Origin: Fastidiosibacter lacustris
GTDB taxonomy: Bacteria; Pseudomonadota; Gammaproteobacteria; Francisellales; Francisellaceae
DNA length: 32,000 bases
Assembly (NCBI RefSeq): GCF_003428155.1
Contig: NZ_QLIR01000018.1
Span: 1,428-33,427 of the forward strand
Direction of reading: 5' to 3'
In this document: in pieces, positions 8,783 through 20,398 of the stretch
How the letters are laid out: each line of letters begins with the position of its first letter
Numbering within the stretch: position 1 is the first letter of the stretch
Notes under the pieces: generated by a model
Database searches by the model: none
Seen by the model: only the letters and a program-made list of their open reading frames with translations
What the model was told of the DNA's origin: nothing
Position numbers and translations under genes: made by a program

Positions 8783-10495
8783 ATGAAAAGAGTAAAACGA
8801 TTTGAATTTAAGCGCAATCCAGAAACAGGTGAGATGTGGGTTGAAACAGACTTGCAAGGCAAGAGCTTATTAACACTACCTTCCTTAAATAAAGGAACGG
8901 CTTTCTCAGAGCGTGAGCGTGAAGAGTTTGGACTCTTGGGTAAGCTACCTTTCCAGATTGAATCATTAGAAGAGCAAAAAACACGTGCTTATCAACAGTA
9001 CAAATCTTTTCGCAGCAATATTGGGCGCCATAGTTTTTTAAAGAACCTGCATAATATCAATGAAACTTTGTTTTATCGCTTAGTGCGTGATAATTTAAAT
9101 GAGATGTTGCCTATTATCTATACGCCAACTGTAGGTGAAGCAGTCATGCACTATAGTGAAAAATTCTTATCACCTAGGGGTTTATATGTTGCCTATCCTG
9201 ATCGCTATAAAATGCGAGAGATTTTACATAATCGTACTAACTCCGATATCGATATTATAGTTGTCAGCGATGCTGAAGGGGTGCTTGGTATAGGTGACCA
9301 AGGTGTTGGAGGTATTGAAATTCCTGTTGCTAAACTCATGGTTTATACCTTATGCGCTGGAATTAATCCTGGTAGATATTTACCTGTTTTTTTGGATGCT
9401 GGAACTAATAACAAGCATCTGCTTGAAGATCCTTTATATCTTGGGTGGCGACATGAACGTGTGCGTGGTGAAAAGTATGATGAAATGGTTCAGTTGTTTA
9501 TTGAGGCGGTCAAAGCCGAAATGCCTGATACATTTTTGCACTGGGAGGATTTTGGACGAGACAACGCACGTAAAAATTTACTCAAATACCAAAATGAAAT
9601 CTGTAGCTTTAATGATGATATGCAAGGTACAGCTGCAGTTGCACTAGCCGCATTAATTTCAGCTTCCAAACATGCGAATATTGAGTTTTGTGATCAAAAA
9701 TTTGTCATTTTTGGTTCAGGGACCGCGGGGATTGGAATTGCGGATGAAATTGTGAACGCTTTGGTTCGTTTAGGGTTTACCAAGCAGCAAGCTTATGATC
9801 ATTTTTGGTGTATTGATAAAGATGGACTTCTCATCGACGATCAGCAAATGATGGATTTCCAGCGTCCTTATGCGCGCACGCGCGAATTAGTGAAAGACTG
9901 GTCACACGATGAACAAGGCCGCATTTCACTTCTTGAAGTTGTTAAACAAGCTAAACCGACTACCCTTATTGGTTGTTCTAGTGTCGCCAACGCCTTTAGT
10001 GATGACGTCATCCTTGAAATGGCAGACAACATTGAGCGCCCAATTATTTTTACCCTTTCTAATCCCACCAGTCGATGTGAGCGTATCCCACAAGACATTA
10101 TTCGTTTAACTGAAGGTCGGGCTTTAATTGCAACGGGTAGTCCTTTTGATGACGTTGGCTACAAAGGTAAGGTATATCGCATTGCGCAATCTAACAATGC
10201 ACTTGTTTTTCCTGGAATTGGTCTAGGTATTGTTGCCATTCAAGCCAAACGGTTTACTGAAAATATGCTATGGGCAGCCTGTAAAGCTTTGGCAAATTAT
10301 TCTACGCAAGATGACGATGCGTTGTTACCAAAGCTAAGTGAAGCATATAGCGTGAGTCGTCAAGTTGCTTTTGCTGTTGCTCGTCAAGCTATTGAAGATG
10401 GTGTTGCTGAAGATGTTGATGATATTTGGCGCAAGATTGATCATGTAATTTGGGAACCAAAATATTATCCATATTATGTCTTTAAAGAAAACTGA
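8783..10495 (+). CDS. maeA: NAD-dependent malic enzyme
   Basis: IYTPTVGEAVMHYS, GDQGVGGIEIPVAKLMVYTLCAGINP, FNDDMQGTAAVALAAL, FGSGTAGIGIAD, ERPIIFTLSNPTSRCE, FPGIGLG. 570 aa, long-form malic enzyme. Confidence 0.94.
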   Translation: MKRVKRFEFKRNPETGEMWVETDLQGKSLLTLPSLNKGTAFSEREREEFGLLGKLPFQIESLEEQKTRAYQQYKSFRSNIGRHSFLKNLHNINETLFYRLVRDNLNEMLPIIYTPTVGEAVMHYSEKFLSPRGLYVAYPDRYKMREILHNRTNSDIDIIVVSDAEGVLGIGDQGVGGIEIPVAKLMVYTLCAGINPGRYLPVFLDAGTNNKHLLEDPLYLGWRHERVRGEKYDEMVQLFIEAVKAEMPDTFLHWEDFGRDNARKNLLKYQNEICSFNDDMQGTAAVALAALISASKHANIEFCDQKFVIFGSGTAGIGIADEIVNALVRLGFTKQQAYDHFWCIDKDGLLIDDQQMMDFQRPYARTRELVKDWSHDEQGRISLLEVVKQAKPTTLIGCSSVANAFSDDVILEMADNIERPIIFTLSNPTSRCERIPQDIIRLTEGRALIATGSPFDDVGYKGKVYRIAQSNNALVFPGIGLGIVAIQAKRFTENMLWAACKALANYSTQDDDALLPKLSEAYSVSRQVAFAVARQAIEDGVAEDVDDIWRKIDHVIWEPKYYPYYVFKEN

Positions 10496-10637
10496 TTTTA
10501 AAAACGTTGTCAAAACAATTTGCGTGTAATCGAAAGTGTAGCAACTTTTGCTTAATAGAGAGGAGTAAAACTGCTTAACCATTTCAAGCAAGATGTGCAT
10601 AATATTAAGCGTTTTAAATAAACAAACGAATTTAGTT

Positions 10638-11978
10638 ATGGCAAAAAGATATTTTGGTACCGATGGCGTGCGCGGGGAAGTAGGAAAATCACCAATGACA
10701 GTTGAGTTTGCAACAAAGCTTGGCAACGCAGTTGGTCAAGTATTACAAAACGCTAATCAAAAAAAAATAAAAGTGGTGATAGGACAGGATACCAGGCGTT
10801 CATCCGATATGTTAAAAACAGCTTTTATTGCAGGTATCACCGCCACAGGCGTCGATGTGATCAATCTGGGTGTGGTGCCAACTCCGGTTGTCGCATTCAT
10901 GGTGAGTGAGCTTGATGCTGATGCAGGCGTAGTGTTAAGCGCGTCACATAATCCATATTATGACAATGGAATTAAGCTTTTCTCTAAAAAAGGGTATAAG
11001 TTAGCAGACGAGTTTGAATATGAGATTGAGCAGTATATTGATAATGACTTTTTTTACTATCATCCACAAGGTAAATTTGGTGAGATGTCTAGTCAAGTCA
11101 ATCAAATCGAGCCATATATTGTACATTGCTTGAAACACTTTACTGATAAAATTAACTTAGCAGATAAAAAAATTATCTTAGATTGCGCTAATGGTGCGCT
11201 TTATCGTACAGCACGTGAAGTATTTAAGTGTTTAGAACTTAATGTAATTGAGATCGCATCAAAACCAGATGGCTTAAATATCAATAAAAATTGTGGTGCA
11301 GTTCACCTTGATGCTTTAAAAACTGCGGTAGTCAATGAGTTTGCTGATCTTGGTATTGCATTTGATGGTGATGGTGATAGGTTAATGCTGGTGGATGAAT
11401 CAGGTTGTGTAGTCGACGGTGATGATATCTTATTGTTGCTTGCAAGATATCCAGCGATTAGTCAAAGTGACAATGGTATCGTTGGTACGGTGATGACAAA
11501 TTTAGCAATTGAGCAGCAGCTGGCTAAGCTAAATATTGTGTTTGAGCGTGCCAAGGTTGGAGATCGTTATGTAATGGAAAAGCTATTACAAAATAACTGG
11601 ATGTTGGGTGGAGAGTCATCAGGACACATTATTAATTTACATTACAATACAACGGGTGATGGTTTGATGGCAGCCTTGCAAGTGTTGGCGATTTTAAGTC
11701 AAACTAATCAGAGTTTATCAAGCTTAATTGATGTGCAAAAAATGCCGCAGGCGATGATCAACGTACCGTTAACAAGGAAACTAGATGCCAATGACATGAG
11801 TTTGTTAATAGAAGATGTAAGCTTTACTGAAAAAGCCTTGGCAGAAGATGGACGCGTGGTATTGAGACCCTCTGGAACAGAGCCCGTATTAAGGGTTATG
11901 GTTGAAGCAAAGTCGCAAGAGCTGGCTGTGGAATGGGTGAATTATTTGGTTGAGAAAGTTAAACAAAAGATTAAATAG
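10638..11978 (+). CDS. glmM: phosphoglucosamine mutase
   Basis: MAKRYFGTDGVRGEVG, active-site serine loop GVVLSASHNPYYDNGIKLF, AFDGDGDRLMLVDE, RPSGTEPVLRVMVEA. Start placed at the ATG at 10638 rather than the longer ORF start at 10593. Confidence 0.96.
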   Translation: MAKRYFGTDGVRGEVGKSPMTVEFATKLGNAVGQVLQNANQKKIKVVIGQDTRRSSDMLKTAFIAGITATGVDVINLGVVPTPVVAFMVSELDADAGVVLSASHNPYYDNGIKLFSKKGYKLADEFEYEIEQYIDNDFFYYHPQGKFGEMSSQVNQIEPYIVHCLKHFTDKINLADKKIILDCANGALYRTAREVFKCLELNVIEIASKPDGLNINKNCGAVHLDALKTAVVNEFADLGIAFDGDGDRLMLVDESGCVVDGDDILLLLARYPAISQSDNGIVGTVMTNLAIEQQLAKLNIVFERAKVGDRYVMEKLLQNNWMLGGESSGHIINLHYNTTGDGLMAALQVLAILSQTNQSLSSLIDVQKMPQAMINVPLTRKLDANDMSLLIEDVSFTEKALAEDGRVVLRPSGTEPVLRVMVEAKSQELAVEWVNYLVEKVKQKIK

Positions 11979-11990
11979 TTGGAGTTGAGT

Positions 11991-12743
11991 ATGAGAAGAC
12001 AAATTATTATTGGAAACTGGAAAATGAACGGTTCGTTGTTATCCATAAAAAGCTTGTGTGAATCATTAACTAAACTCGCACATGAGTCAGACGTGGCAGA
12101 TATTGCAGTGTGTGTGCCCAGCATTTATTTACCTTATGTGCAAACTAATCTTAAAAACATATGTTTGGGCGTACAAAACGTAAGCCAATATAACAATGGT
12201 GCATATACGGGAGAAATTAGCACAACGATGTTACAAGACTTTAATTGTCGATATGTCATCGTCGGTCATTCTGAGCGCAGAGCATTTTTTGGAGAAACAG
12301 ATGAAGATATTGCCAATAAGACCAAGCAAGTAGTGCAAGCAGGTTTAACGGCTATTGTTTGTGTTGGTGAAACATTGGAGGAGCGTACAACGGGTAATTT
12401 ACAGTCAATTTTAGCCAGACAATTACAAGTCGTATTAAATAAATTATCGACAAAAGAGCTTGAAAAACTGATTATTGCCTATGAACCTGTCTGGGCAATT
12501 GGCACGGGTTTAGCAGCAACAGCCCATCAAGTTCAAGATGTGCATCGCTATTTGCGCAAGATTGTCACAAACTTTGATGAAGAGCTTGCTAAAAACATCA
12601 AAATTATATATGGTGGCAGCCTAAAACCATCTAACGCAAGTGAACTACTAAGCTTGGAAGATGTAGATGGTGGGTTAATAGGTGGTGCTTCTTTGAACGG
12701 GAAGGACTTTGGTCAAATTATTAAGCAGGCAAAAAAAATATAA
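11991..12743 (+). CDS. tpiA: triosephosphate isomerase
   Basis: RRQIIIGNWKMNG, VGHSERRAFFGE, IAYEPVWAIGTG, IIYGGSLKP, GGLIGGASL. GGAG Shine-Dalgarno just upstream of the ATG at 11991. Confidence 0.97.
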   Translation: MRRQIIIGNWKMNGSLLSIKSLCESLTKLAHESDVADIAVCVPSIYLPYVQTNLKNICLGVQNVSQYNNGAYTGEISTTMLQDFNCRYVIVGHSERRAFFGETDEDIANKTKQVVQAGLTAIVCVGETLEERTTGNLQSILARQLQVVLNKLSTKELEKLIIAYEPVWAIGTGLAATAHQVQDVHRYLRKIVTNFDEELAKNIKIIYGGSLKPSNASELLSLEDVDGGLIGGASLNGKDFGQIIKQAKKI

Positions 12744-13213
12744 TGTTAGCATTGGTTATAACCATACATATAATTGTTGCTGTTCTAATCGTAGGATTGA
12801 TTTTATTACAGCAAGGCAAGGGCGCAACTATGGGAGCATCCTTTGGTTCAGGAGCATCACAAACTATTTTTGGAAGCAGAGGCGCGGCCCCTTTTATGTT
12901 TAAGCTTACTGCATTTTTAGTAGCAATTTTCTTTGTCACAAGTGTTGGTTTAAGCTATATTGGCAAACGTACAGCTGAGAATAGAGCATTGGCTGGTCAA
13001 TCTTCAGCGGGTGTGACTCAAGCGGATTATCAAAAGCAGCAAGCTCAACAGCAAGCGCTCATTGACCAAGCAAAAGCAACAGTTGAGAAGCAAACTCCAA
13101 AACCTGATTCATTAAATATGAATGACTTATTGCAAACCTCAGCAGTTACTACTGATAAAACACCTAAAGATGCTACTTACAAAAAACCCTCAGAAAGTGA
13201 AAAACACCTGTAA
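12743..13213 (+). CDS. secG: protein-export membrane protein SecG
   Basis: VAVLIVGLILLQQGKGATMGASFGSGASQTIFGSRGAAPFMFKLTAFLVAIFFVTS is the canonical SecG core; followed by a Q/A-rich tail. TAATG overlap with tpiA. Confidence 0.96.
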   Translation: MLALVITIHIIVAVLIVGLILLQQGKGATMGASFGSGASQTIFGSRGAAPFMFKLTAFLVAIFFVTSVGLSYIGKRTAENRALAGQSSAGVTQADYQKQQAQQQALIDQAKATVEKQTPKPDSLNMNDLLQTSAVTTDKTPKDATYKKPSESEKHL

Positions 13214-13250
13214 AAGTTAAAGGTTCAGCTGCCTCGAAATAAGTTTTATT

Positions 13251-13336
13251 GCCAAAGTGGTGGAATTGGTAGACACGCCATCTTGAGGGGGTGGTGAGTA
13301 TCACTCGTGCGGGTTCGAGTCCCGCCTTTGGCACCA
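13251..13336 (+). tRNA. tRNA-Leu (anticodon GAG), CCA encoded
   Basis: GCCAAAG acceptor pairs with CTTTGGC at the 3' end, followed by ACCA. D arm GGTGGAATTGGTAGACAC, anticodon stem CCATC/GGTGG with loop TTGAGGG (GAG), long variable arm, T arm GCGGGTTCGAGTCCCGC. Confidence 0.95.
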
Positions 13337-13356
13337 AAAAATAAAAGGAAATAAGC

Positions 13357-13755
13357 ATGTTGCAATATAGTGTGTACCATGAGTTTTTACCGATTTTAAT
13401 CTTTTTTATTATCGCCATATGTATTGCAATCGCAATGGCTGTAGGTGGTAAAGTTCTTTCCATTATCGTTGGAGTACATAAACCTAATCCGGAAAAAAAT
13501 GCACCTTTTGAGTGTGGGTTCTCTGAGTTTGAAGATGCGCGCATCAAATTTGATGTGCGTTTTTATTTAGTGGCAATACTCTTCTTAGTCTTTGATTTAG
13601 AGGTCGCATTTATGATTCCATGGGGGGTGCTTGTCAGGGACAGTGCAGCAGGTGGCATATCTTGGGCTGCTTTTATTGCGATGATGGTTTTCTTATTTAT
13701 CTTACTCGTAGGTTTTATCTATGAATGGAAAAAAGGAGCGCTAGAATGGGAGTAG
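13357..13755 (+). CDS. nuoA: NADH-quinone oxidoreductase subunit A
   Basis: [46 protein letters not shown]. Confidence 0.97.
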   Translation: MLQYSVYHEFLPILIFFIIAICIAIAMAVGGKVLSIIVGVHKPNPEKNAPFECGFSEFEDARIKFDVRFYLVAILFLVFDLEVAFMIPWGVLVRDSAAGGISWAAFIAMMVFLFILLVGFIYEWKKGALEWE

Positions 13756-14231
13756 AAGAAAACTTAAATAGTAATAAAGGCTTTATTACTGCCAGTGCTG
13801 ATTCTTTGGTTAACTGGGTGCGCACAGGTTCTTTGTGGCCAGTGACATTTGGTTTGGCTTGTTGTGCGGTTGAAATGATGCATTCAGGTGCATCGCGATA
13901 TGATCTAGATCGTTTTGGTATTGTATTTCGTCCTAGTCCCCGTCAATCAGATGTGTTAATCGTTGCTGGCACCTTGTGTAATAAAATGGCACCCGCTTTA
14001 CGTAAAGTATATGAGCAAATGCCAGACCCAAAATGGGTGATTTCGATGGGGTCGTGTGCTAATGGTGGTGGCTATTACCATTATTCTTATTCTGTCGTTA
14101 GAGGTTGTGACCGTATTATGCCAGTTGATATTTATGTTCCTGGTTGTCCACCAACCGCGGAAGCACTTATTTATGGTATTATTCAATTGCAAAATAAGAT
14201 CAAACGAACCAATACGATTGCGAGGAAATAA
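13746..14231 (+). CDS. nuoB: NADH-quinone oxidoreductase subunit B
   Basis: [89 protein letters not shown]. Start at ATG 13746 (GGAG at 13735-13738), overlapping nuoA; the ORF track extends to 13725. Confidence 0.97.
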   Translation: MGVEENLNSNKGFITASADSLVNWVRTGSLWPVTFGLACCAVEMMHSGASRYDLDRFGIVFRPSPRQSDVLIVAGTLCNKMAPALRKVYEQMPDPKWVISMGSCANGGGYYHYSYSVVRGCDRIMPVDIYVPGCPPTAEALIYGIIQLQNKIKRTNTIARK

Positions 14232-14233
14232 CG

Positions 14234-14902
14234 ATGTCCTTAACGCAGGAATTTATTGATGATTTAACAAAAGACTTTGGTGGAAAGTTAGTCTCTATCA
14301 CTTATGCTTATGGAGAATTTACTGCTGAGGTTCATAAATCAAACCTGATTAAGGTGATGACGCGTTTAAAGAATATATTTAAGTTTGAACAATTAATCGA
14401 TATATCAGGCGTGGATTATCTTTGTTATGGTGAAGATGAATGGAAAACAGAAAGTTCTACCAGTACTGGTTTTTCGCGTGGAATGGTAACAGGCGAGCTT
14501 TTACACAAAAAACTCAACAAAGGTAAAAAGCGTTTTGCAGTTGTGTATCATTTGATGAGTTTGGCGCTTAATATTCGTCTACGTATTAAAGTATTTTTAG
14601 ATGAACATGATTTGATGTTGCCCAGCGTAGTTGACATATGGTCTTCAGCAAATTGGAATGAGCGCGAGGCTTTTGACATGTTTGGTTTTGTTTTTATTGG
14701 TCATCCTGATTTGCGTCGTATTCTGACTGATTACGGCTTTGTGGGTTACCCCTTTAGAAAAGACTTTCCGCAAAGTGGCTATGTTGAGATGCGTTATGAC
14801 GAAGTGCAAAAACGTGTGGTGTATGAACCCGTTGAAATTGATCCGCGTATCAACACACCAAAGGTTATCCGTCAAGATAATCGCTATTTAAATGAACAAT
14901 AA
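14234..14902 (+). CDS. nuoC: NADH-quinone oxidoreductase subunit C (30 kDa)
   Basis: [65 protein letters not shown]. Confidence 0.96.
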   Translation: MSLTQEFIDDLTKDFGGKLVSITYAYGEFTAEVHKSNLIKVMTRLKNIFKFEQLIDISGVDYLCYGEDEWKTESSTSTGFSRGMVTGELLHKKLNKGKKRFAVVYHLMSLALNIRLRIKVFLDEHDLMLPSVVDIWSSANWNEREAFDMFGFVFIGHPDLRRILTDYGFVGYPFRKDFPQSGYVEMRYDEVQKRVVYEPVEIDPRINTPKVIRQDNRYLNEQ

Positions 14903-14914
14903 TTGAGCGTTGTT

Positions 14915-16168
14915 ATGGCAGAATTTAAAAACTATACAATGAACTTTGGTCCAGTGCATCCAGCCGCACATGGCGTGTTGCGTTTGGTTTTAGAACTAGA
15001 CGGTGAAGTCGTTGTTCGCGCTGATCCACACATTGGTCTTTTACACCGTGGCACCGAGAAACTTGCAGAATCTAAACCATATAATCAAAGTATTGGCTAT
15101 ATGGATCGCTTAGACTATGTTTCAATGATGTGTAATGAGCATGCCTATGTATTGGCAATTGAAAAGCTTTTGGTTATTGAAGTGCCTAAACGTGCTCAAT
15201 ACATTCGAGTGATGTTTGCCGAGATTACGCGTATTTTAAATCACTTATTGTGGACGGCAGCAAATAGTCTTGACTTAGGTGCAATGACGATGTTCTTATA
15301 TGCGTTTCGTGAGCGTGAAGACTTGTTTGATTGCTATGAAGCAGTATCAGGAGCAAGAATGCATGCAACTTACTTTCGCCCTGGCGGAGTGGTGCGTGAT
15401 CTACCGTTGCAAATGCCAAAATATGAGAAATCTCGTTTTACTTCTAAACGTAAACTCAAAGCAATTAATAAAAATCGCCAAGCTTCTCTCTTAGACTTTA
15501 TTTGGGATTTTACGGAACGCTTTCCAAAATGTATTGATGAGTATGAAAATCTTTTAACCAATAATCGAATTTGGAAGCAGCGTACAGTTGGTATTGGGGT
15601 GGTTAGCGCTGAACGAGCAAAAGCATTAGGCTTTGGAGGCCCTATGCTTAGAGCTTCAGGTATCGCCTGGGATTTGCGTAAAAAGCAACCATATGATGTT
15701 TATGATGAGGTGGAATTTGATATTCCGATTGGCAGTCATGGTGACTGCTATGATCGTTATTTAGTGCGCATGGCTGAGATGCGTGAATCAAATAAAATCA
15801 TTCGTCAGTGTGTGAAATGGTTGCGTGAAAACGAAGGACCTGTAATGACGCCAAACCATAAGGTAACACCGCCTAAGCGTGACGAAATGAAAAACGGTAT
15901 GGAAGCCTTGATTCACCATTTTAAACTGTTCTCCGAAGGCTATTGTGTGCCAGAAGGTGAAGTGTACGTAGGGACAGAGCATCCGAAGGGTGAGTTTGGC
16001 ATTTATTTAGTATCAGATGGTGCAAATAAACCCTATCGTGTCAAAATACGTGCACCAAGTTTTACTCATTTAAGTTCAATGAATGAAATGTTAAGTGGTC
16101 ATATGTTGTCAGATGTACCAGCCATTATTGCCACGCAAGATATCGTATTTGGCGATGTAGATAGATAA
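14915..16168 (+). CDS. nuoD: NADH-quinone oxidoreductase subunit D (49 kDa)
   Basis: [54 protein letters not shown]-like region, C-terminal [40 protein letters not shown] start at 14915 preferred over TTG at 14903. Confidence 0.97.
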   Translation: MAEFKNYTMNFGPVHPAAHGVLRLVLELDGEVVVRADPHIGLLHRGTEKLAESKPYNQSIGYMDRLDYVSMMCNEHAYVLAIEKLLVIEVPKRAQYIRVMFAEITRILNHLLWTAANSLDLGAMTMFLYAFREREDLFDCYEAVSGARMHATYFRPGGVVRDLPLQMPKYEKSRFTSKRKLKAINKNRQASLLDFIWDFTERFPKCIDEYENLLTNNRIWKQRTVGIGVVSAERAKALGFGGPMLRASGIAWDLRKKQPYDVYDEVEFDIPIGSHGDCYDRYLVRMAEMRESNKIIRQCVKWLRENEGPVMTPNHKVTPPKRDEMKNGMEALIHHFKLFSEGYCVPEGEVYVGTEHPKGEFGIYLVSDGANKPYRVKIRAPSFTHLSSMNEMLSGHMLSDVPAIIATQDIVFGDVDR

Positions 16169-16181
16169 TTGGGATTGCCAT

Positions 16182-16673
16182 ATGTTAGAAAAAAAACAAA
16201 TTTTTCCAGGTCACATTACTGAGTTGCTAGAAAACTGGGAAAAACGTTACCCAAAAGATCAACAAAGATCGGTGATTATTCCAGGTTTGCATATATTGCA
16301 GGACCATAACAACGGCTATTTGACGATAGAGCTCATGGATAAATTGGCGCAATATTTGTCTGTTCCTGTAGCACATGTTTATGAAGTGGCAACTTTCTAC
16401 AGTATGTATGATTTACAAAAAGTAGGTCGGCATAAGCTTAATGTGTGCACAAATTTATCTTGTATGCTCAATGGTGCTAAAAAAATTATGACGCATATTG
16501 AAAATCGATTGGGCATCAAAGCAGGTGAAACAACGCCTGACGGGCGTATAACACTTAAGTCTGTTGAGTGCCAAGGTGCTTGCTGTGGTGCGCCCATGCT
16601 TGAAGTTGATAAGGTTTTTTATGAAAATCTAACGATCGGAAAAGTTGATCAATTACTAGATTCTTTGGAGTAG
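16182..16673 (+). CDS. nuoE: NADH-quinone oxidoreductase subunit E (24 kDa, 2Fe-2S)
   Basis: VYEVATFYSMY, VCTNLSCMLNGA, VECQGACCGAPML. Confidence 0.96.
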   Translation: MLEKKQIFPGHITELLENWEKRYPKDQQRSVIIPGLHILQDHNNGYLTIELMDKLAQYLSVPVAHVYEVATFYSMYDLQKVGRHKLNVCTNLSCMLNGAKKIMTHIENRLGIKAGETTPDGRITLKSVECQGACCGAPMLEVDKVFYENLTIGKVDQLLDSLE

Positions 16674-16676
16674 CAA

Positions 16677-17948
16677 ATGGCGAATGAAGTTTGTTTTAGA
16701 ACACTCCACCTTGAGCGACCTTGGTCGCTTAAATCATATGAGTCAGTTGGTGGTTACTCATATTGGAAGAAGATTTTAGATGAGAAAATCCCACCTGAAC
16801 AGATTATTGAAGAGCTCAAAAAATCTGGACTGCGTGGTCGCGGTGGAGCGGGTTTCCCTGCTGGACTTAAGTGGAGTTTTATGCCACGTAACTTACCAGG
16901 GCAAAAATATGTTGTTTGTAATTCAGATGAAGGAGAACCAGGTACGTGCAAAGATCGTGAAATCCTGCGCAACAATCCCCATCAATTGATTGAAGGCATG
17001 GCAATTGCAGGTTATGCCACGGGTGCAAGTGTTGGTTACAATTATATTCGTGGTGAGTTTTATGAACCGATTGCACGTTTTGAAGCTGCACTCAATGAAG
17101 CAAGAGCGATGGGGTTAATTGGTTTTAACATAAGAAGCTCTGGGATTGATTTTAACCTTTATTGTTCCATTGGAGCAGGTGCCTATATTTGTGGTGAAGA
17201 AACTGCACTTTTAAACTCCTTAGAGGGTAAGAAAGGTCAGCCTCGATTTAAGCCACCATTTCCTGCGAATAAAGGCTTATATGGTTGTCCGACTAATATC
17301 AATAATACTGAAACCTATGCTTCAGTTCCACCGATTCTAGAACATGGTGGAGAGTGGTTTCAGAAACTCGGTACTGAGAAAAGTGGTGGTACCAAGCTTT
17401 TTTGTGTATCAGGTCACGTTAATCAACCAGGGGTATTTGAGGTAGGCTTAGGTATTCCATTTAAAGACTTGTTGGCAATGGCAGGTGGTGTTCGTAGTGG
17501 TAAAAAGATTAAAGCAGTTATTCCAGGTGGAAGTTCCTGTAAAATTTTGACGGGTGAAGAAATGCTTGCACTGACGATGGACTATGAAGCAATTGCTCAG
17601 GCAGGCTCTATGCTGGGATCAGGTGCGGTAGTCGTCTTAGATGAAGATACGTGCATGGTTGAGCTTCTAGCACGGTTGGCCGATTTTTATTATGAAGAAT
17701 CATGTGGTCAGTGTACCCCATGTAGAGAAGGGACAGGTTGGATGGCGCGTACACTTGAGCGAATATTGCACGGTGAAGGCAGATTAGAGGATATTAATAA
17801 CTTGATTCGTGTGGCCTCCAATATTGAAGGAAATACGATTTGTGGTTTGGGTGATGCAGCAGCTTGGCCGGTCCAAAGTTACCTTAAGAAATTCAGACAT
17901 GAATTTGAATATATGATTGAGAATAAACGTAGTATTGTCGCGGTTTAG
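16677..17948 (+). CDS. nuoF: NADH-quinone oxidoreductase subunit F (51 kDa, FMN/NADH binding)
   Basis: [83 protein letters not shown]. Confidence 0.98.
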   Translation: MANEVCFRTLHLERPWSLKSYESVGGYSYWKKILDEKIPPEQIIEELKKSGLRGRGGAGFPAGLKWSFMPRNLPGQKYVVCNSDEGEPGTCKDREILRNNPHQLIEGMAIAGYATGASVGYNYIRGEFYEPIARFEAALNEARAMGLIGFNIRSSGIDFNLYCSIGAGAYICGEETALLNSLEGKKGQPRFKPPFPANKGLYGCPTNINNTETYASVPPILEHGGEWFQKLGTEKSGGTKLFCVSGHVNQPGVFEVGLGIPFKDLLAMAGGVRSGKKIKAVIPGGSSCKILTGEEMLALTMDYEAIAQAGSMLGSGAVVVLDEDTCMVELLARLADFYYEESCGQCTPCREGTGWMARTLERILHGEGRLEDINNLIRVASNIEGNTICGLGDAAAWPVQSYLKKFRHEFEYMIENKRSIVAV

Positions 17949-17986
17949 ATAATTTTGAGTAAGAAGAATTTAAAGTAAAGTTAAGG

Positions 17987-20398
17987 GTGAGTCCCGTGTC
18001 AGAAAAAGAAACACCAAAACAATTGAGCATTGAAATAAATGGTCAAAACTATCTAGCACATCCTGGTGAGATGGTCATTCAGGTGGCAGATAGGCATGGT
18101 ATTTATATTCCACGTTTTTGCTATCATAAAAAGCTTTCAATTGCAGCAAATTGCAGAATGTGTTTAGTAGAAATAGCAGGTGCCAGAAAGCCGTCTCCAG
18201 CATGTGCAACGCCAATCATGGATGGTATGAAAATATTCACAAAATCACCTACAACGATTGCATATCAGAAGAGCGTGATGGAGTTTCTGCTAATTAATCA
18301 TCCATTGGATTGTCCGATTTGCGATCAAGGTGGTGAATGTGAACTGCAAGATATCGCAATGGGTTATGGTAGTGATGCTTCTAAGTATAGTGAAACCAAA
18401 CGTGCCTTTGATGATCCAAGTTTAGGTCCATTGGTGGCAACCGATATGACGCGTTGTATTCAGTGTACGCGTTGTGTGCGATTTGGTGAGGAAATAGCAG
18501 GGGATAAGGAATTAGGTGCAATGGGGCGTAGCGATCACATGGAGATTAGCACTTATGTTGCAAAAACAGTCAACTCTGAGTTATCAGGTAATATCATCGA
18601 TCTGTGTCCAGTTGGTGCGTTGACCTCTAAACCATTTAGATTTAATGCTCGTGCATGGGAATTACTGCAGTACTCAACGATTTCGGGTGCAGATGCAGTG
18701 GGTGCTAATATTTATGCGCATGTAAGACGCAATCAAATTATGCGTGTGATACCAAAAGAAAATGATGAATTAAATGAAACTTGGCTTGCCGACAAAGATC
18801 GTTTTTATTATACAGGCGTTTATAGTGAAGATCGTGTGACTTCACCAATCATTAAGAAAAATGGACATTGGATCGAAGTATCATGGGAAGAAGCGCTTGA
18901 TTTTGTGAAGGTTGCAATTGAGCACACAAAAGAAAATGAAGGTGTTAATACCATTTCAGCCTTAGCATCTGAGTCAGCAACAACAGAAGAATTGTATCTA
19001 TTGCAAAAGCTCATTCGTAAACTTGGTTCGAATAACATTGAAACACGCTTAAAACAAGGATCAAATGCTAAAAAATTACATACAGGAGTCGGTTTTGATT
19101 GCAGTTTTGCGGAGATTGAACAATCGGATGCAATTTTATTGCTTGGAAGTTACTTGCGCAAGGAAATCCCATTAATTAATCATCGCGTGCACAAAGCAGC
19201 AAAAAATGGTGCTAAGGTGTTAGCTATAAATAGCCAATATTACAGCTTTAATTATGAAATTCAAACCACATGTGTAGAAGCCAATGAATTCGTTTATGCT
19301 TTAGCAAGTTTGGTTAAAGCAATTGCCCAAAAGGTTGCTACCCCAATTCAGTCTGAAACTGTAAAATCAGTTATTGATGCAATTGAGGTTTTCCCTGAAA
19401 TTGAACACATTGCAGCTGAGCTTGGATGTTGTAAGAATCCTTTACTGATATTAGGTTTTGATGCTATTTTAAATAAGGATTTTGCTGAAATTTATGCACT
19501 TTTCTTTGAGCTTAAACATTTACTTAATGCTAAAGGTGGTGTGTTGAGTATGGGGGCAAATAGCAAAGGCGCACTTTTAGCAGGTGCCTCAGTAGATTAC
19601 TCACCAGGTGGCGAAGAAAATCTGCAACATGGTTTAGCTCTACATGATATGTTGAGTAGTAAAACTAAGCTTATGCTAAGCTTTGGCATTGAGCCTGAGT
19701 TAGATTGTATTGCTGGTAGTAAAGTGCTAAATGCATTAAAAGAGATTGATATCGTGGTTGCTTTCTCTGCTTATGCTAATGAAGCCATGCGTGAATATGC
19801 TGATATTATTTTACCAATCACAACGCACTTTGAAACCGATGGTTCATTTGTGAATATTAATGGTCAAACCCAGCGCTTTAAAGCGGTAATATCTCCATAT
19901 GAAGATAGTAAACCATTGTGGAAGGTACTGCGTGTATTAAGTAATTTATTAGCTATAGAAGGTTTTGATTACCAGACGTTAGATGAGGTTTATGCTGAGT
20001 ATGCAGCCATTGAAAAAGTAGCACCTGTGCCGGTTATAGATGATTATTTAAAGAATGGATTGCCAAATTTGGCAGAAGGTTATTCGATTTTACCAACTGT
20101 TTCAATGTATAGTACATCAAGCACATTAAGGCGTGCGAAGCCATTGCAGAATACTCAAGATGCGATGTACTATAAAGCGGTAAGGTTGTCAGCTAAGTTT
20201 GCTGTAGATAAAGGTATCGTTGACCAAACTGAAGTAAGCATTGGTATATCTGATCAATTTTACCAATTACCGATTGTGATAGATGAAAATTTAGCTCAAA
20301 ACACGATAGTAATTCCGTTCCAACTTCTGCCTCCTTGTAGTAAAAATTTAGCAAATGTTACAATTGCTGTAGTTAAAAATGAAGTGGTGGACATATGA
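17987..20398 (+). CDS. nuoG: NADH-quinone oxidoreductase subunit G (75 kDa)
   Basis: [95 protein letters not shown]. Start is GTG at 17987 or GTG at 17996. Confidence 0.96.
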   Translation: MSPVSEKETPKQLSIEINGQNYLAHPGEMVIQVADRHGIYIPRFCYHKKLSIAANCRMCLVEIAGARKPSPACATPIMDGMKIFTKSPTTIAYQKSVMEFLLINHPLDCPICDQGGECELQDIAMGYGSDASKYSETKRAFDDPSLGPLVATDMTRCIQCTRCVRFGEEIAGDKELGAMGRSDHMEISTYVAKTVNSELSGNIIDLCPVGALTSKPFRFNARAWELLQYSTISGADAVGANIYAHVRRNQIMRVIPKENDELNETWLADKDRFYYTGVYSEDRVTSPIIKKNGHWIEVSWEEALDFVKVAIEHTKENEGVNTISALASESATTEELYLLQKLIRKLGSNNIETRLKQGSNAKKLHTGVGFDCSFAEIEQSDAILLLGSYLRKEIPLINHRVHKAAKNGAKVLAINSQYYSFNYEIQTTCVEANEFVYALASLVKAIAQKVATPIQSETVKSVIDAIEVFPEIEHIAAELGCCKNPLLILGFDAILNKDFAEIYALFFELKHLLNAKGGVLSMGANSKGALLAGASVDYSPGGEENLQHGLALHDMLSSKTKLMLSFGIEPELDCIAGSKVLNALKEIDIVVAFSAYANEAMREYADIILPITTHFETDGSFVNINGQTQRFKAVISPYEDSKPLWKVLRVLSNLLAIEGFDYQTLDEVYAEYAAIEKVAPVPVIDDYLKNGLPNLAEGYSILPTVSMYSTSSTLRRAKPLQNTQDAMYYKAVRLSAKFAVDKGIVDQTEVSIGISDQFYQLPIVIDENLAQNTIVIPFQLLPPCSKNLANVTIAVVKNEVVDI

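Noticed and set aside
9294-9647. 117-aa plus-strand ORF inside maeA
   Set aside because: Lies wholly within the strongly supported malic enzyme gene in another frame; composition looks like an out-of-frame translation.
10334-10726. 130-aa minus-strand ORF overlapping the maeA 3' end and glmM start
   Set aside because: Overlaps two convincing plus-strand genes; N/F/I/T-rich translation with no recognisable motif.
13173-13547. Minus-strand 124-aa ORF ([39 protein letters not shown]..)
   Set aside because: Antisense to tRNA-Leu(GAG) and to secG/nuoA. The GLEPARVILTTPSRWRVYQFHH stretch is the translated complement of the tRNA, a known annotation artefact.
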